DNA of 64,000 nucleotides from Bacteroidia bacterium (GCA_044239605.1 JBIIBC010000002.1:135441-199440), one strand, 5' to 3'; positions 40,514 to 51,870 are shown, counted from the stretch's first letter. Translations and numbers: made by a program. Notes: generated by a model not told the origin, from the sequence alone.

Positions 40514-43500
40514 TTATTGCTTAACAAACTTTCTTGTTAAGCTATAACCTTTATTATCAGTTACCTTTATTAAGTAAATTCCGCTAGTTAAATCATCAAT
40601 AACTATTGTGTTATTGGTTAATACCGCATTTTTAACCAAAGCACCTGATAGTGCAAATATTTGAATATCTGTAATATCTGTATTACTTTCAATACTTAAT
40701 GTTTTAGTAGCAGGATTAGGATAAATTGTAAATGTTAATGGATTAATAGTTTCTAAACCCACATTCTGAATTACCAATGTATTGCTAGTTGCTTCGCAAT
40801 TGGTAGCATCTTTTACTTTTACAGTATAATCGCCATTGGCTACCGCAGTATGAGTTGCATTAATAGCTCCTGCAATTATTACATTATTTAAATACCATTG
40901 GTAATTGCTAAAGCCAGCCGTTGCAGTTAATGTATTTTGATTGTTACTTATACTAACTGTTAATGGTGCATTTACTGTTAAGTTTAAAGTTATTATTGAA
41001 TCGCATCCTACAGCATTACTTGTAGTATCAAAGTAAATTCCTGATTGGCTTAAAGCATTGCCTTTAAAGGTAAATGTTTCGCCATTACAAATGGTTTTGT
41101 TAAAGTTAAAAACCGATTTTGCCTTAACCGAAACAGCTGCAATAGCTGAATTTACTGTTCCGCAGCTTGATGTAACTTCACAAATATAGTTACCTGCATC
41201 GCTGTTTGATAAACTATTAAAGTACAGCGTATCATTATTTGAATTAGCCACAGCAGTCCCATTTTTAAACCAATTATAATTATTGTTATTGCCAGAGGCA
41301 ACCAAACTTAAATAAGAAACTGAGCCTTGGCATGAATTAACTGCACTTGGCTGAGTTAAAATATTTATACTATTAACTATGCTTAATTTAGCTACAGATG
41401 AATTTTGGCTACCGCAAGTTCCTGAAATTGAAACTGTATAATTACCAGAATCGGCAGCACTAACTAAAGTTTTGCTAAAAGTGCTGCTGTTTGCTCCAGC
41501 AATACTATTGCCATTTAACTTCCATTGATATTGTAAACTATCGCCCGTGGCTATTACACTAAAGTTAAAACCTTGGCTTGTGCATACCGTTTGTGAAACT
41601 GGCTGTGAAGTAATTTGGGTAGAATTACTTATTGATAAAGTTACTGTATTAGAAATAACATTTCCACACGTATAATTCATAATTACCCTATAGTTAGCTG
41701 CATCGGCAGTAGTAACATTGGTTAATAACAAAGAATCATTATTACTATTTGGAATACTTACCCCATTTTTTTGCCAAACATAAGTTACATTTTGTCCATT
41801 TGTTTTTATTACAAAAAGTGCATTTGTATTTGTACATACATATAGATTAGTAGGCTGACTTGTTATTTGAAGTGCATCAATAAATTTCACCAAAGCAACA
41901 TTTGACAATATACTAGAACAACCATTTGAAACCATCACTGTAAATGAATCATTATTGACTACATTAGCAATATTTACACTATATATTGAGTTAAAAGCAT
42001 TTGGTATATTTATTCCATTTTTTTTCCATTGGTAAGTTAAATTTGAACCAGTGGCATTTACTTGAAATGTGATAAATTGATTTTCTTGAAGTGGGCAAAT
42101 GTTTTGATTCGTAGGATGCGAGGTAATAGCTAAATTACTCTGAATAATACTTAAATTAATATTGGTAGAATATACACCTGCACAAGCTGTAGACAAACCA
42201 ATTAAACATGAATAGCTTCCGGTATCAGTGGCCTGCACATTATTAACGGTATATGTAGCAGCATTTGCACCTTGAATTGGACTACCATTTTTTAGCCATT
42301 GGTAAGTTACATTTGGTCCTGCGGTAACGTTAACAGTAGCCGAAGCAGTACTTCCTAAACACACAGCTCCAAAACCCGAAATACTATTAAATTCAGCCAT
42401 TTGGAATAAAGCACTAACTTGAGTGGCTGTTAAAACTGAACTGTAAATACGTATTTCATCAAAAGTTCCCTTGGCACCATTGGTATTATAAATGGGTGCA
42501 GTATTACCAAAACGATTGATTTGAGTATTGCTAGCGCCACTTCCCATAACTGGTGGAGCTACTATAGTAGTTGGAATGGTAATATTATTTCCATCAACAT
42601 AAATTTTGGTAGTAGTTCCGGCTTTGGTTACTACAAAATGATGCCAACCATTGGTAATAGTAACTCCTAAAGATTGAAAACCAGAACCACCAACTTGATA
42701 ACCTAAAACACCAGAAGCATTGATAAATAGCATATCGCCATAATTGGCGCTATTACTTCCAATAATGGCTTCACCAGCAAAATTCGCTACACGTTTATAC
42801 CATAATGATACCGAAATATTATCTGTAGTTACAGGACTGGTTAAAGCCAATGCATTATTTGTTGTTGTTAACACAACTGCTTTGTTGGCAATATTTGCTC
42901 TATCGGTTGTAAACGAATAGCTGGTATTTGTAGGTGTGAATGTATTTGTGCCAACCGTTGGTGTTAAATTATTATCAAACTTCCAATAGCTAACTAAATT
43001 ATTAGTAGCAAAATTAGTTGTAATACTAAAAGTACTAGCATTACTTACAAGTACATTGTTTGAACAACCTGTAATTTCGCAAGTATAATTGCCTGCATCA
43101 CTGCTTTGAACAGCACTAATCATTAAGGTGTCGTTATTTGTATTCGGAATGTTTACATTGTTCTTTTTCCATTGATATGATGCAGCATTTTGAGCACCCA
43201 CAAAAAAATAAACACTGCTACCCAAACAAACCAAACTATTTGAAACTGTGGTATTAGTTGTAATAGTTGCTGCTGCTGCTGTTAATGTTGCTGCATTTGA
43301 ATTAATTATAACACTGTTACAACCTGTAACTTCACAAGTATAGCTTGTAAAATCAGAAGTGGTAATATTTGTTAAAATTAATGTATCGTTATTTGAATTT
43401 GGAATAACCACCCCATTTTTTTTCCAAACATAACTTTGTCCTCCTGCTACATTAATAGTAAACATGGCTGTTTCTCCAACACATGCAGCTTGATTTACTG

Positions 43501-46243
43501 GTTGGCTTACTATAGTACTATTTATAATACCAGTCAAATAAATGTTGTAATCTACTGAATTACAAAAGTTATCTGAAATAGAATTACGCAAATACAAGTC
43601 GGTTGAAGGCATTGAGTTAATAGTTAAAGCATTGGTTTTAACGCCTGCGTAACTTGCGCCATTTACCAAAGCACTAAAGGTTCCTTTTGTTACTTCATTA
43701 AACCATTGATAACTTAAACCACTATTACCAGCTATAACTTGCACTGTGGTTGAAACACCAGCGCAAATGGGCACTGCACCTAAACTGCTGGCCGCAGGTA
43801 ATTGCCCATAAATTTTTATATCGTTGTATAATTGAAGTACATTTCCAGCTTTTAAAGTTGAAGTTATTCTTACATCATCTATTAAACCTTCAAAAAACTG
43901 GTTATTTCCTGTAAAGTTAACATTAGCTAAAGTGGTATTTAAATAACCATTTCCAATTTTAAAAATATTAGATGTACCTATTTGCAATGCTGCTGAGGTC
44001 ATACTTCCCACTTCTACTCCATCAAGGTAAATAATTTGTTTGCCCAAAGCAGCACTATATGTCCAAACTGCATGATGCCAATTGGTATCCATAACAATCC
44101 CCGATGAATAAATTGGTAAGCCACTTCCTGGATAAACATAACCCGATAAACGACCTGTTGAATCTAAGTATAAAATTGGATTCCACGAACCAGGACTTGC
44201 TACTTGAAAACCAATCAAGCTCATAGCTTTTCGATTTAAATTAGCTCTTTTAAACCAAACCGACACACCATTATTGTTGCCTGAAATCATACTTCCAGTA
44301 ACATCAATTACTGATGAAGTTCCATTAAAAACAGCCGCTTTGTTATTTACTCCATACCTATCTTTTCCGTAAGTAATAGCGGTTGCCACACCATTTTGGG
44401 TAGTAGCAAGTTCATTTAAAGTATTACCATCTAATGGATAACTATAGTTTGAAGTAAAACTAGTTAAGGTAGTTAATGTTATTTTCTTTGACCATTTTTC
44501 ACCGCAATTATTTGAAACTTTGCATTGGTAAATTCCGGCTGTAGTGTTAATTATATTTGCAAAAGTATCGGCTGTTAATAATACACCATTTCTATACCAT
44601 TGGTATTTTAAAGGCATGGTTAAAGATGAAGCTACTGCAGTTACATTTATTTTACAGCTTTCAATATTATCGGCACTATTAATGTTTAAATTAATAATGC
44701 AAGGTTCTCCCACATATTTAGCCAATACAGTATTAGTAGCAGTGGCATTTAATAAAGGCAAATTAGGACTCAATTTTGTGCTATCTGTATTATGCGTGTT
44801 AACATATGTACCTGCTACAAAAATTGAGCTAGAATCGGTAACAGCAATTCCTGTAAAACCATCGCTACTATTGGCAGTATTGGTTAAAACAGCTGCATAA
44901 TCCAAATTTAAATTAGCGTTATATTTTGCATAATAAGAATCGAAAGTATTTGATGTACTGCGCAGGTAAGTTGAAGTTGGATTCCTATCAAAATCAAAAG
45001 TTCCATTGGCAGCACCAGAAAAGAAATAATTGCCTTTTTTATCAATATAGAAACCATTTACATACATGTTAGGAAAACCGTCAATGGTGTCAATAACCAT
45101 TCTAGGTTCTTTATTGCCAGTTATTAATGTTCCATTGGTTGCATTATAATGAGCTAAATACAGGCTATACAATCCTGTAGGCAAACGTTTTGAAATAAAA
45201 TTATAAACCCCAGTAGCGTTAGGATTTAAATCAACTGTGCTAGCCCAATTTGATTGATAAGCCACAGCTAGCTCATTATTACTGTTAAATGCTAAACGCA
45301 TGTTTGAATTAGTAGTTCCTACAGCAATTGGACAAGTCCATAATACGTTAAAGTTTGTAGCATTATAAGCTACTATACATTGAGGACCAGTTTCGTTAAA
45401 AGCAGTGCTATTGCCTTGGTTAAAGTTTGTTGAACCATTTAAATCGACTGCCCAATATAAAGTATCATTACGCATTTTCATATCCCATGAGCTTCCAATT
45501 AAGCCGCCATTTATAAATCTATGGTTTAGGTAGGTTAAGTTTGCGGTAAGTCTAACCAAATAGTCAGCAGTTCCGCTTGAAGAACTATAGGTAGTTGGTG
45601 CTTGAAAACCAGGTGCGGGATCTAAATCAATACTCCGTAAGATAGAACCAGTTACTCCATAACGTCCACGAACAACCACATTTTCATTTTTATCAAACAC
45701 ACAACTTAGCATATCATTAGCTACTGAACCTCCGTTATTTCCATCGTTAGCTAAACCATGAGATCCCAATAAAGTGCCATTATTATTAATGGTTGCCATA
45801 TAAGCTCCACCTGAATTACCAAACAATGTACTTGTTGAATAACCTCCTACTAAAACGACTTTTCCGCCTGCGGACACATCAAAAAAATTACAAGTACCTG
45901 CCGAAATAGAAGTAACCCAAACCAATTCTTTATTGGGAGTGTATTTAGCAATGTAAACTCCTACTGACGTATTTGAAGTTGCTGCACCTGGATCAAAATC
46001 TGCATTTCCGCCCGTTTGTCCAACCAAGTAAAGATTGCCTAAACTATCGGTTTTCACACCTTTGTTTAAGGCATTGGTAAGACCAAAACTCCACGCATGT
46101 TGAGGCGTTTTTGATTGTGCTATTAAACCATTAAAGTTAAAAATAGCATAAAGTATAAAGGCAACCTTTATGGCTTCATACTTTATTTTTAGTTTAAAAT
46201 TTGTTTTGTTTATATTGTTCATAATATTTGTATTACTGCACAA
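40514..46243 (-). CDS. Giant T9SS type-A cargo protein with multiple Ig-like domains and two LamG-like (concanavalin A-like lectin) domains. Adhesin-like.
   Basis: C-terminal Por_Secre_tail (IYPNPATKTLSIE...GIYLIKVTDNKGYSLTRKFVKQ). About eight Ig-like repeats (YQWKKNG...SGNYTCEV). LamG_3 signatures (LIDDVRITSTLKAGNVLQLY, FDEIRIYSSVLTATQVSALF). Confidence 0.8.
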   Translation of the reverse strand: MCSNTNIMNNINKTNFKLKIKYEAIKVAFILYAIFNFNGLIAQSKTPQHAWSFGLTNALNKGVKTDSLGNLYLVGQTGGNADFDPGAATSNTSVGVYIAKYTPNKELVWVTSISAGTCNFFDVSAGGKVVLVGGYSTSTLFGNSGGAYMATINNNGTLLGSHGLANDGNNGGSVANDMLSCVFDKNENVVVRGRYGVTGSILRSIDLDPAPGFQAPTTYSSSSGTADYLVRLTANLTYLNHRFINGGLIGSSWDMKMRNDTLYWAVDLNGSTNFNQGNSTAFNETGPQCIVAYNATNFNVLWTCPIAVGTTNSNMRLAFNSNNELAVAYQSNWASTVDLNPNATGVYNFISKRLPTGLYSLYLAHYNATNGTLITGNKEPRMVIDTIDGFPNMYVNGFYIDKKGNYFFSGAANGTFDFDRNPTSTYLRSTSNTFDSYYAKYNANLNLDYAAVLTNTANSSDGFTGIAVTDSSSIFVAGTYVNTHNTDSTKLSPNLPLLNATATNTVLAKYVGEPCIINLNINSADNIESCKINVTAVASSLTMPLKYQWYRNGVLLTADTFANIINTTAGIYQCKVSNNCGEKWSKKITLTTLTSFTSNYSYPLDGNTLNELATTQNGVATAITYGKDRYGVNNKAAVFNGTSSVIDVTGSMISGNNNGVSVWFKRANLNRKAMSLIGFQVASPGSWNPILYLDSTGRLSGYVYPGSGLPIYSSGIVMDTNWHHAVWTYSAALGKQIIYLDGVEVGSMTSAALQIGTSNIFKIGNGYLNTTLANVNFTGNNQFFEGLIDDVRITSTLKAGNVLQLYNDIKIYGQLPAASSLGAVPICAGVSTTVQVIAGNSGLSYQWFNEVTKGTFSALVNGASYAGVKTNALTINSMPSTDLYLRNSISDNFCNSVDYNIYLTGIINSTIVSQPVNQAACVGETAMFTINVAGGQSYVWKKNGVVIPNSNNDTLILTNITTSDFTSYTCEVTGCNSVIINSNAATLTAAAATITTNTTVSNSLVCLGSSVYFFVGAQNAASYQWKKNNVNIPNTNNDTLMISAVQSSDAGNYTCEITGCSNNVLVSNASTFSITTNFATNNLVSYWKFDNNLTPTVGTNTFTPTNTSYSFTTDRANIANKAVVLTTTNNALALTSPVTTDNISVSLWYKRVANFAGEAIIGSNSANYGDMLFINASGVLGYQVGGSGFQSLGVTITNGWHHFVVTKAGTTTKIYVDGNNITIPTTIVAPPVMGSGASNTQINRFGNTAPIYNTNGAKGTFDEIRIYSSVLTATQVSALFQMAEFNSISGFGAVCLGSTASATVNVTAGPNVTYQWLKNGSPIQGANAATYTVNNVQATDTGSYSCLIGLSTACAGVYSTNINLSIIQSNLAITSHPTNQNICPLQENQFITFQVNATGSNLTYQWKKNGINIPNAFNSIYSVNIANVVNNDSFTVMVSNGCSSILSNVALVKFIDALQITSQPTNLYVCTNTNALFVIKTNGQNVTYVWQKNGVSIPNSNNDSLLLTNVTTADAANYRVIMNYTCGNVISNTVTLSISNSTQITSQPVSQTVCTSQGFNFSVIATGDSLQYQWKLNGNSIAGANSSTFSKTLVSAADSGNYTVSISGTCGSQNSSVAKLSIVNSINILTQPSAVNSCQGSVSYLSLVASGNNNNYNWFKNGTAVANSNNDTLYFNSLSNSDAGNYICEVTSSCGTVNSAIAAVSVKAKSVFNFNKTICNGETFTFKGNALSQSGIYFDTTSNAVGCDSIITLNLTVNAPLTVSISNNQNTLTATAGFSNYQWYLNNVIIAGAINATHTAVANGDYTVKVKDATNCEATSNTLVIQNVGLETINPLTFTIYPNPATKTLSIESNTDITDIQIFALSGALVKNAVLTNNTIVIDDLTSGIYLIKVTDNKGYSLTRKFVKQ

Positions 46244-46295
46244 ATATTTATGGTTAGCATATTTATTTATTAGTAGTTTATACTAACTCCATTTT

Positions 46296-46453
46296 TGATT
46301 TGACAAAAACCTAATTTTTAAGTTTTACTAATACTAACTACCTATAAAAACAATGCATAACAACAATACTTACAATTAACTAAACTTAAAATAAAAACAA
46401 AAAAAGCCCAACCTTTCGGTTGAGCCTCCTATATGAAAACGAACTACTAACTT
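46296..46453 (-). repeat. Shared 3'-flank/terminator module, copy a. Includes the terminator hairpin at 46392..46425.
   Basis: About 155 bp, nearly identical to 47521..47671. Contains ggctcaaccgaaaggttgggc followed by a T-run on the - strand. Confidence 0.75.
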
Positions 46454-47446
46454 TTATTCTTTTATAAATTTATTGGTGTATAAATTTCCTTTTTCATCTT
46501 TAATTTGAATGGTGTATATTCCTATTGGTAAAGTGCTAATATCAATTGAGTTGTTTATGATATCAAACTCAGAAGTTTGTCCCATACAATTTATGGTAAT
46601 TACTTCTTTAATTTTAACATCACTTTTTATATTTAATTTATTTTGGGTTGGGTTTGGAAATACATTTATCATGCTAGTTTTTATGTTTTCAATGCTAGAA
46701 GAATTGCCATTATGAATATTTGCTACCTCTAGCTGACTTAGCTCTCTATTATAAAGATACAATTCATCCATAAAAGAATTGTATTGCGATTGCCCATTTT
46801 CAAATAATCCTCCTACCATTAAATAGTCTTTGTTAAAATATGTGCCATTACCATAAGTATTTATAGTGGCAGGAAAACTGGTATTTGTACCTTCTAATAT
46901 GCCATTTACATATATCTTACCTACCCCATTATTATAGCTAACAGCTATGTGGTACCAGTTATAGTTTTGAGTTAATGTAGTGGACGATACAATTACATCA
47001 TTACAAGTAAAATGGATTTTTCTATCAATATTCGATATCCATAGTGCATAATTATTGTATATAGAAACACCTCCATTACCATTAGATATATTGGCTCTAT
47101 TTACAAATATAAAACCATTTTGAAGCATATTTGCCGTTGGCTGTGCCCATACACTAGCAGAAAATGTATTGGTAAAATTAAAATCATTTGATGGATGATA
47201 TAATGCCGAAAAAATATCTTTATCAAAAGCTGCTAATGATTTACCAATTTTACTGGTATCGGACAACCTAAAACTTTGATCAGAGCTAGTTTTTGATACA
47301 TAAATTAAATGTCGGTTATTACCCGATGCATCGTTAAAATTTTCATCGAAAGAGTATCTTCCAACTAAACCATTGGTTGGAACTGTTTGTCCAAAAAGGC
47401 TTGCTGATGCACAAATTGCAAATACTGTTGTAATTATTTTTTTCAT
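46454..47446 (-). CDS. T9SS type-A cargo protein with LamG-like (Laminin_G_3) lectin domain, paralog 1
   Basis: True start MKKIITTVFAICASASLFGQ at 47446. The ORF-track N-terminal extension METGYCVNF... is a conserved 5' leader. LamG pattern (WYHIAVSYNNGVGKIYVNG...MDELYLYNRELS). CTD VFPNPTQNKLNIKS...YTIQIKDEKGNLYTNKFIKE. Confidence 0.75.
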   Translation of the reverse strand: MKKIITTVFAICASASLFGQTVPTNGLVGRYSFDENFNDASGNNRHLIYVSKTSSDQSFRLSDTSKIGKSLAAFDKDIFSALYHPSNDFNFTNTFSASVWAQPTANMLQNGFIFVNRANISNGNGGVSIYNNYALWISNIDRKIHFTCNDVIVSSTTLTQNYNWYHIAVSYNNGVGKIYVNGILEGTNTSFPATINTYGNGTYFNKDYLMVGGLFENGQSQYNSFMDELYLYNRELSQLEVANIHNGNSSSIENIKTSMINVFPNPTQNKLNIKSDVKIKEVITINCMGQTSEFDIINNSIDISTLPIGIYTIQIKDEKGNLYTNKFIKE

Positions 47447-47520
47447 TTTTCTGTTATTGAATGCAGCAAAGTTGACACAATAGCCCGTCTCCATTTTTAT
47501 ATAATTTACCTACGCCTTTT

Positions 47521-47671
47521 TTGATTTGACAAAAACCTAAATTTTTAAGTTTTACTAATACTAACTACCTACAAAAACAATGCATAACACCAATACTTAA
47601 AATTAACTAAACTTAAAATAAAAAAAAAACTTTTCGGTTGAGCCTTCTATATGAAAACGAACTACTAACTT
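47521..47671 (-). repeat. Shared 3'-flank/terminator module, copy b (terminator partly degraded)
   Basis: Near-identical to 46296..46453. A third partial copy begins at 48704. Confidence 0.75.
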
Positions 47672-48628
47672 TTACTCTTTTATAAATTTATTGGAATACA
47701 CATTTCCAAAAGTATCTTTTGTTTGAATGTTATAAACTCCACTTGCCAAATTACCAATTGCTATCGTGTTATTTATAATATTTACCTCAAAACTTTGGCC
47801 CAAGTTATTTACGATTAAGGCAGATTGTACATCTTTTAAACCAACAATTTGCAAAATATGTTGCGCTGGATTTGGGTATATCGCTAGATTTAAGTTTGCT
47901 TTAACATTTTTAAGATTAGTTGATGGAGCTGTGCCAGTATATAAATGTGTTACTTCAGATTTATTTAAGCCTCTGTTATAAATGGCTAAATCATCAAAAG
48001 ATCCTGTATAATCACTACCATAGACTTGAGCAATATTTGCTTTTGAAAAATCAATTGCACCTGTTACGGCTTTGGTACCAATTAAGGTATCGTTCATATA
48101 TAAATTAATATCTTTTCCATTATATGTCAAAACAACATGTGTCCAAACTTCATCAATGGATTTTAAACTTATATTTTTACCAACTTTTACCATTGTATCA
48201 TTAATTCCTATTTGGCAGTAAACTTCTGAGTTATTATTATCTTCAGAGTTAACCAATCCAATTGCAAAGGCATTAAAGGAATTTGCTTTGTTACCCTGTT
48301 TGGCTAAAATAGGATAAAAGCCAAGATTAAGTAGATTTGGTTTAAACCATAGACTAATAGAAATATTGTTTGGTCGCAATTCTTGACGACTGCCATCCAA
48401 AGTTAATTGTTGTCTCTGACTGCATGCAAAAGCACCAGATTGCTTGTTTTTTCTGTCGCGTTCAAACTCGATATTATCAATATCAGTAGGAACCATTGAA
48501 ATGTTGGTATTTGAAAAGAAGTTACCATCAAATTCCCAAAAGCCTACTAAACCATTGGTTGGAACTGTTTGCCCAAAAAGGCTTGCTGATGCACAAATTG
48601 CAAATACTGTGGTAATTATTTTTTTCAT
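47672..48628 (-). CDS. T9SS type-A cargo protein with LamG-like lectin domain, paralog 2
   Basis: True start at 48628. Identical signal peptide and 5' leader to paralog 1 (48542..48703 matches 47360..47520). Divergent LamG core (VWTHVVLTYNGKDINLYMND...FDDLAIYNRGLNKSEV). Related CTD. Confidence 0.75.
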   Translation of the reverse strand: MKKIITTVFAICASASLFGQTVPTNGLVGFWEFDGNFFSNTNISMVPTDIDNIEFERDRKNKQSGAFACSQRQQLTLDGSRQELRPNNISISLWFKPNLLNLGFYPILAKQGNKANSFNAFAIGLVNSEDNNNSEVYCQIGINDTMVKVGKNISLKSIDEVWTHVVLTYNGKDINLYMNDTLIGTKAVTGAIDFSKANIAQVYGSDYTGSFDDLAIYNRGLNKSEVTHLYTGTAPSTNLKNVKANLNLAIYPNPAQHILQIVGLKDVQSALIVNNLGQSFEVNIINNTIAIGNLASGVYNIQTKDTFGNVYSNKFIKE

Positions 48629-48902
48629 TTTTCTGTTATTGAATGCAGCAAAGTTGACACAACAGCCCGTCTCCATTTTTATACAATTTACTTACGCCTT
48701 TTTTGATTTGACAAAAACCTAATTGATTTTACTAAAGAAAAACAATGAACAATTAATCTAAAATGTTAATTTATTAACTATTTAAAAAATTACTTTACAA
48801 TTAACTATATCTACTTTTGCAATATACATTTTACTAAAGTAACTTTTTATTTTACCAAATATTATGCTAATAGTAAACAAATTGTAATTTTGAACATACC
48901 AA

Positions 48903-51803
48903 ATGAATATTAAGCACTACTTACTTTTGGCATTTTGTTTATTAACTAAAATAAACTTTGCTCAGCAACCCGTTTATAGGCATATAAACAAATACAATGG
49001 ACTTCCTTCAAATACCATTTACGATATGAAAGAAGATAAAAATGGATTTATTTGGCTAGGAACCGAAAAGGGTTTGGTACGTTTTGATGGGAAAAACACG
49101 GTAGTTTATACCCATGCCAAAATGAATGGAACTGCTGTTTCTAATATTATAATTGATGGTATTGGACGTATTTGGTGTCAAAATTTTACTGGCCAACATT
49201 TTTATGTTTTAAACGATTCAATGTTTTATCCTGAATTAAAAAATACAGGAACTTTTAACATAACTTATATAAATAACCAAGACGAAATCTTTATCGTTTC
49301 AAATAGCATGTTGTATATTTACAATAAACAGCTTATTTTAAAAGATAGTATTGGTATAAAAGATTTTGTAAACTCATTTATTTTCAAAAACAACTATTAC
49401 GTAATTGAAAACAATAAATTAAGTAAAATAGTTAATGGCAAAAAAATATTGAATAACACTTTTGATAATAAAAATAATAAGTCAGGAGCTGTATTTGCCA
49501 TTAATAAAAGCCATGTTTTTTTTATAAATAAATCAAGTGCTGACGCAGTTTTATTTCAATTATTCCCAACCTTTACCGAAACAAAATTATTCAAGCAAAC
49601 AACCTTAATTCAGACCTTGAATATTACAAAAGATTCATTGCTTTGGATTAATACTACAGCGGGCTGTTTTATTTATAATATCCAGTTAAAACCCATGCAA
49701 TTTGAACAACCATTATTTAAAAACAATAGCATATCGGCAGTTATTAAAGATAGGAATGGTGCCTATTGGGTTAGCACCACCAATAACGGAATTTATATTA
49801 TAGAAGATTTACATAGCAAACAAATTAACTTTAATAATGAAAACATTACTGCTATTAATAATATAAACCATCAAATTGTTGCAGGAACAAGTTCAGGAGA
49901 AGTTGGCCAACTGAATTCAAGTCACAACGAGTTTAAGCAAATATTTAAAACAGATATTTTACACAGAGTAAATTTTATAAAATTCGATTCATTTAACAAT
50001 CGTTATATAATTGGAGCAGATAAGGTATATGGATTGAAAAATAAAAAAAAGGAATTCAATTTTAACATAGCAGCCAAAGATGTTTGCTTAGGTGATCATA
50101 ATGAATATTTATTGGCAGCATCCTCTTCGTTGGCCAATATTATAAAGCATAACCAGCAAAGTAATTGGAGTAATTTTTACAGTACTAAAAATACAAGCAA
50201 TTCATTTTGTTGTAATATTTTTGATTTAAAAGAGTTTTCTTCTCGCACAAAAGCCATTGAAACTTCAACTGATTTTTCAACCTTATATGTTGCTAGTGCA
50301 AAAGGTCTTGTAAGTATATCACAAAATAAAATTCTAGAAATACAATTAAATAATGCATCTATATCTGCAAGCGATTTATTTATTCATAAAGATACTTTAT
50401 ACGCAAGCACTTATAACCAAGGAGTGTTAATGATTGTAAATAAAAAAGTAGTAAAAATTTGGGATAAAAGCAATAGCATTATTAACCAAACTATTAGTAA
50501 AATAAGGTATTGGCAAGGTAAAATATGGCTAATAAGCGATAATAATTTATACACCATTAAACTATCTAATTTTGAACTTAAAAATCACTTCAAATCAAAT
50601 TCATTTTTTTACAATGAACTAAACGACATAGCTTTTAATAACAATTTTTTATATGTAGCCAGCAATGAAGGTGTTATACAATCACCCATTAATCAAGAAC
50701 TTACAATACACAAAGTACCCAATTTATTTATTGAAAGCATAAAAGTTAACGATAAAATACTAACTCAAAATGTATTGAATGATTTAAATTACAACCAAAA
50801 TAATATAACCATTAACTTTGCTACACCTTGGTTTTTTGGCGAAAACAAACTCCAAATATTATATAAAATTAACAATAGTGATTGGCAATTGTTTGAAAAA
50901 GGTGCACGCATGCTATCACTTTCATCATTATCTCCAGGTAATTATTTTATACAGTTTAAAACTTGTATTGATGGTCAATATTACTCACCTATTGCCTATG
51001 TATCGTTCCAAATTTCTTATCCTATTTGGCAGCAAGTATGGTTTTTACTCATTGTGTTTTTATTACTAGCTGCATTATTTTTTGCTATTTATAAATACCG
51101 TTTAAAACTTATCAATAAACAAAGTAAACTGTTAATTGAAAAAAATAAATTAGAAACCGATTTACAAAAATCAATGCTTTCTTCCATTAAATCGCAAATG
51201 AATCCTCATTTTATATTCAATGCGTTAAACACCATTCAATCGTATATCTACCTAAACGATAAAGAAAATGCTTCTAATTATTTGGCTCAATTCTCCATGT
51301 TAACTCGCAAAATATTAGATATGAGCAATAGTGAAACAGTAACTTTAGCCGATGAAATTGAAACACTTCAACTTTATTTATCGCTCGAAAAAATGCGTTT
51401 TGAAGATAGCTTAAACTATGAAATAACCATTGCACCAAATTTAAAAGTTAATGATGTAAAAATCCCTTCTATGTTAATTCAGCCTTATGTAGAAAACGCA
51501 TTAAAACATGGATTACTGCATAAAAAAACGAATAGAACCTTAGGTATTGTATTTGAACAAGATTCCCAATTTTTAATAATAAAAATTGATGACAATGGTG
51601 TTGGACGAAAAAAAGCCAATGAACTTAACTCAATTAAAGACCATAAATTCAATTCCTTTTCTACTGAAGCCAACCAAAAACGATTAACCTTATTAAATAA
51701 ACAAACTACTGAAATTGGAGTAAACACCATTGATAAATTTGATAAAAATAGCATTGCAGAAGGTACTTTGGTAGTTCTAAAAATACCATTAAGTGTTTTG
51801 TAA
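48903..51803 (+). CDS. LytS/YehU-type sensor histidine kinase with periplasmic two-component-regulator beta-propeller repeats and Y_Y_Y domain
   Basis: Signal peptide. Repeated propeller blades (GLPSNTIYDMKEDKNGFIWLGT). Single TM (VWFLLIVFLLLAALFFAIY). His_kinase H-box NPHFIFNALNTIQ. HATPase region. Confidence 0.85.
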   Translation: MNIKHYLLLAFCLLTKINFAQQPVYRHINKYNGLPSNTIYDMKEDKNGFIWLGTEKGLVRFDGKNTVVYTHAKMNGTAVSNIIIDGIGRIWCQNFTGQHFYVLNDSMFYPELKNTGTFNITYINNQDEIFIVSNSMLYIYNKQLILKDSIGIKDFVNSFIFKNNYYVIENNKLSKIVNGKKILNNTFDNKNNKSGAVFAINKSHVFFINKSSADAVLFQLFPTFTETKLFKQTTLIQTLNITKDSLLWINTTAGCFIYNIQLKPMQFEQPLFKNNSISAVIKDRNGAYWVSTTNNGIYIIEDLHSKQINFNNENITAINNINHQIVAGTSSGEVGQLNSSHNEFKQIFKTDILHRVNFIKFDSFNNRYIIGADKVYGLKNKKKEFNFNIAAKDVCLGDHNEYLLAASSSLANIIKHNQQSNWSNFYSTKNTSNSFCCNIFDLKEFSSRTKAIETSTDFSTLYVASAKGLVSISQNKILEIQLNNASISASDLFIHKDTLYASTYNQGVLMIVNKKVVKIWDKSNSIINQTISKIRYWQGKIWLISDNNLYTIKLSNFELKNHFKSNSFFYNELNDIAFNNNFLYVASNEGVIQSPINQELTIHKVPNLFIESIKVNDKILTQNVLNDLNYNQNNITINFATPWFFGENKLQILYKINNSDWQLFEKGARMLSLSSLSPGNYFIQFKTCIDGQYYSPIAYVSFQISYPIWQQVWFLLIVFLLLAALFFAIYKYRLKLINKQSKLLIEKNKLETDLQKSMLSSIKSQMNPHFIFNALNTIQSYIYLNDKENASNYLAQFSMLTRKILDMSNSETVTLADEIETLQLYLSLEKMRFEDSLNYEITIAPNLKVNDVKIPSMLIQPYVENALKHGLLHKKTNRTLGIVFEQDSQFLIIKIDDNGVGRKKANELNSIKDHKFNSFSTEANQKRLTLLNKQTTEIGVNTIDKFDKNSIAEGTLVVLKIPLSVL

Positions 51804-51870
51804 AATCAAAGAACACTTAAGTAAAACATGTCTAAATTTTAATATACTTTGATTTTATATTTGAAACCTA

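Noticed and set aside
47447-47494. N-terminal extension METGYCVNFAAFNNRK of both LamG paralogs in the ORF track
   Set aside because: It is followed immediately by a canonical signal peptide that starts at a second Met (MKKIITT...). The extension is more likely a conserved 5' leader than coding sequence.
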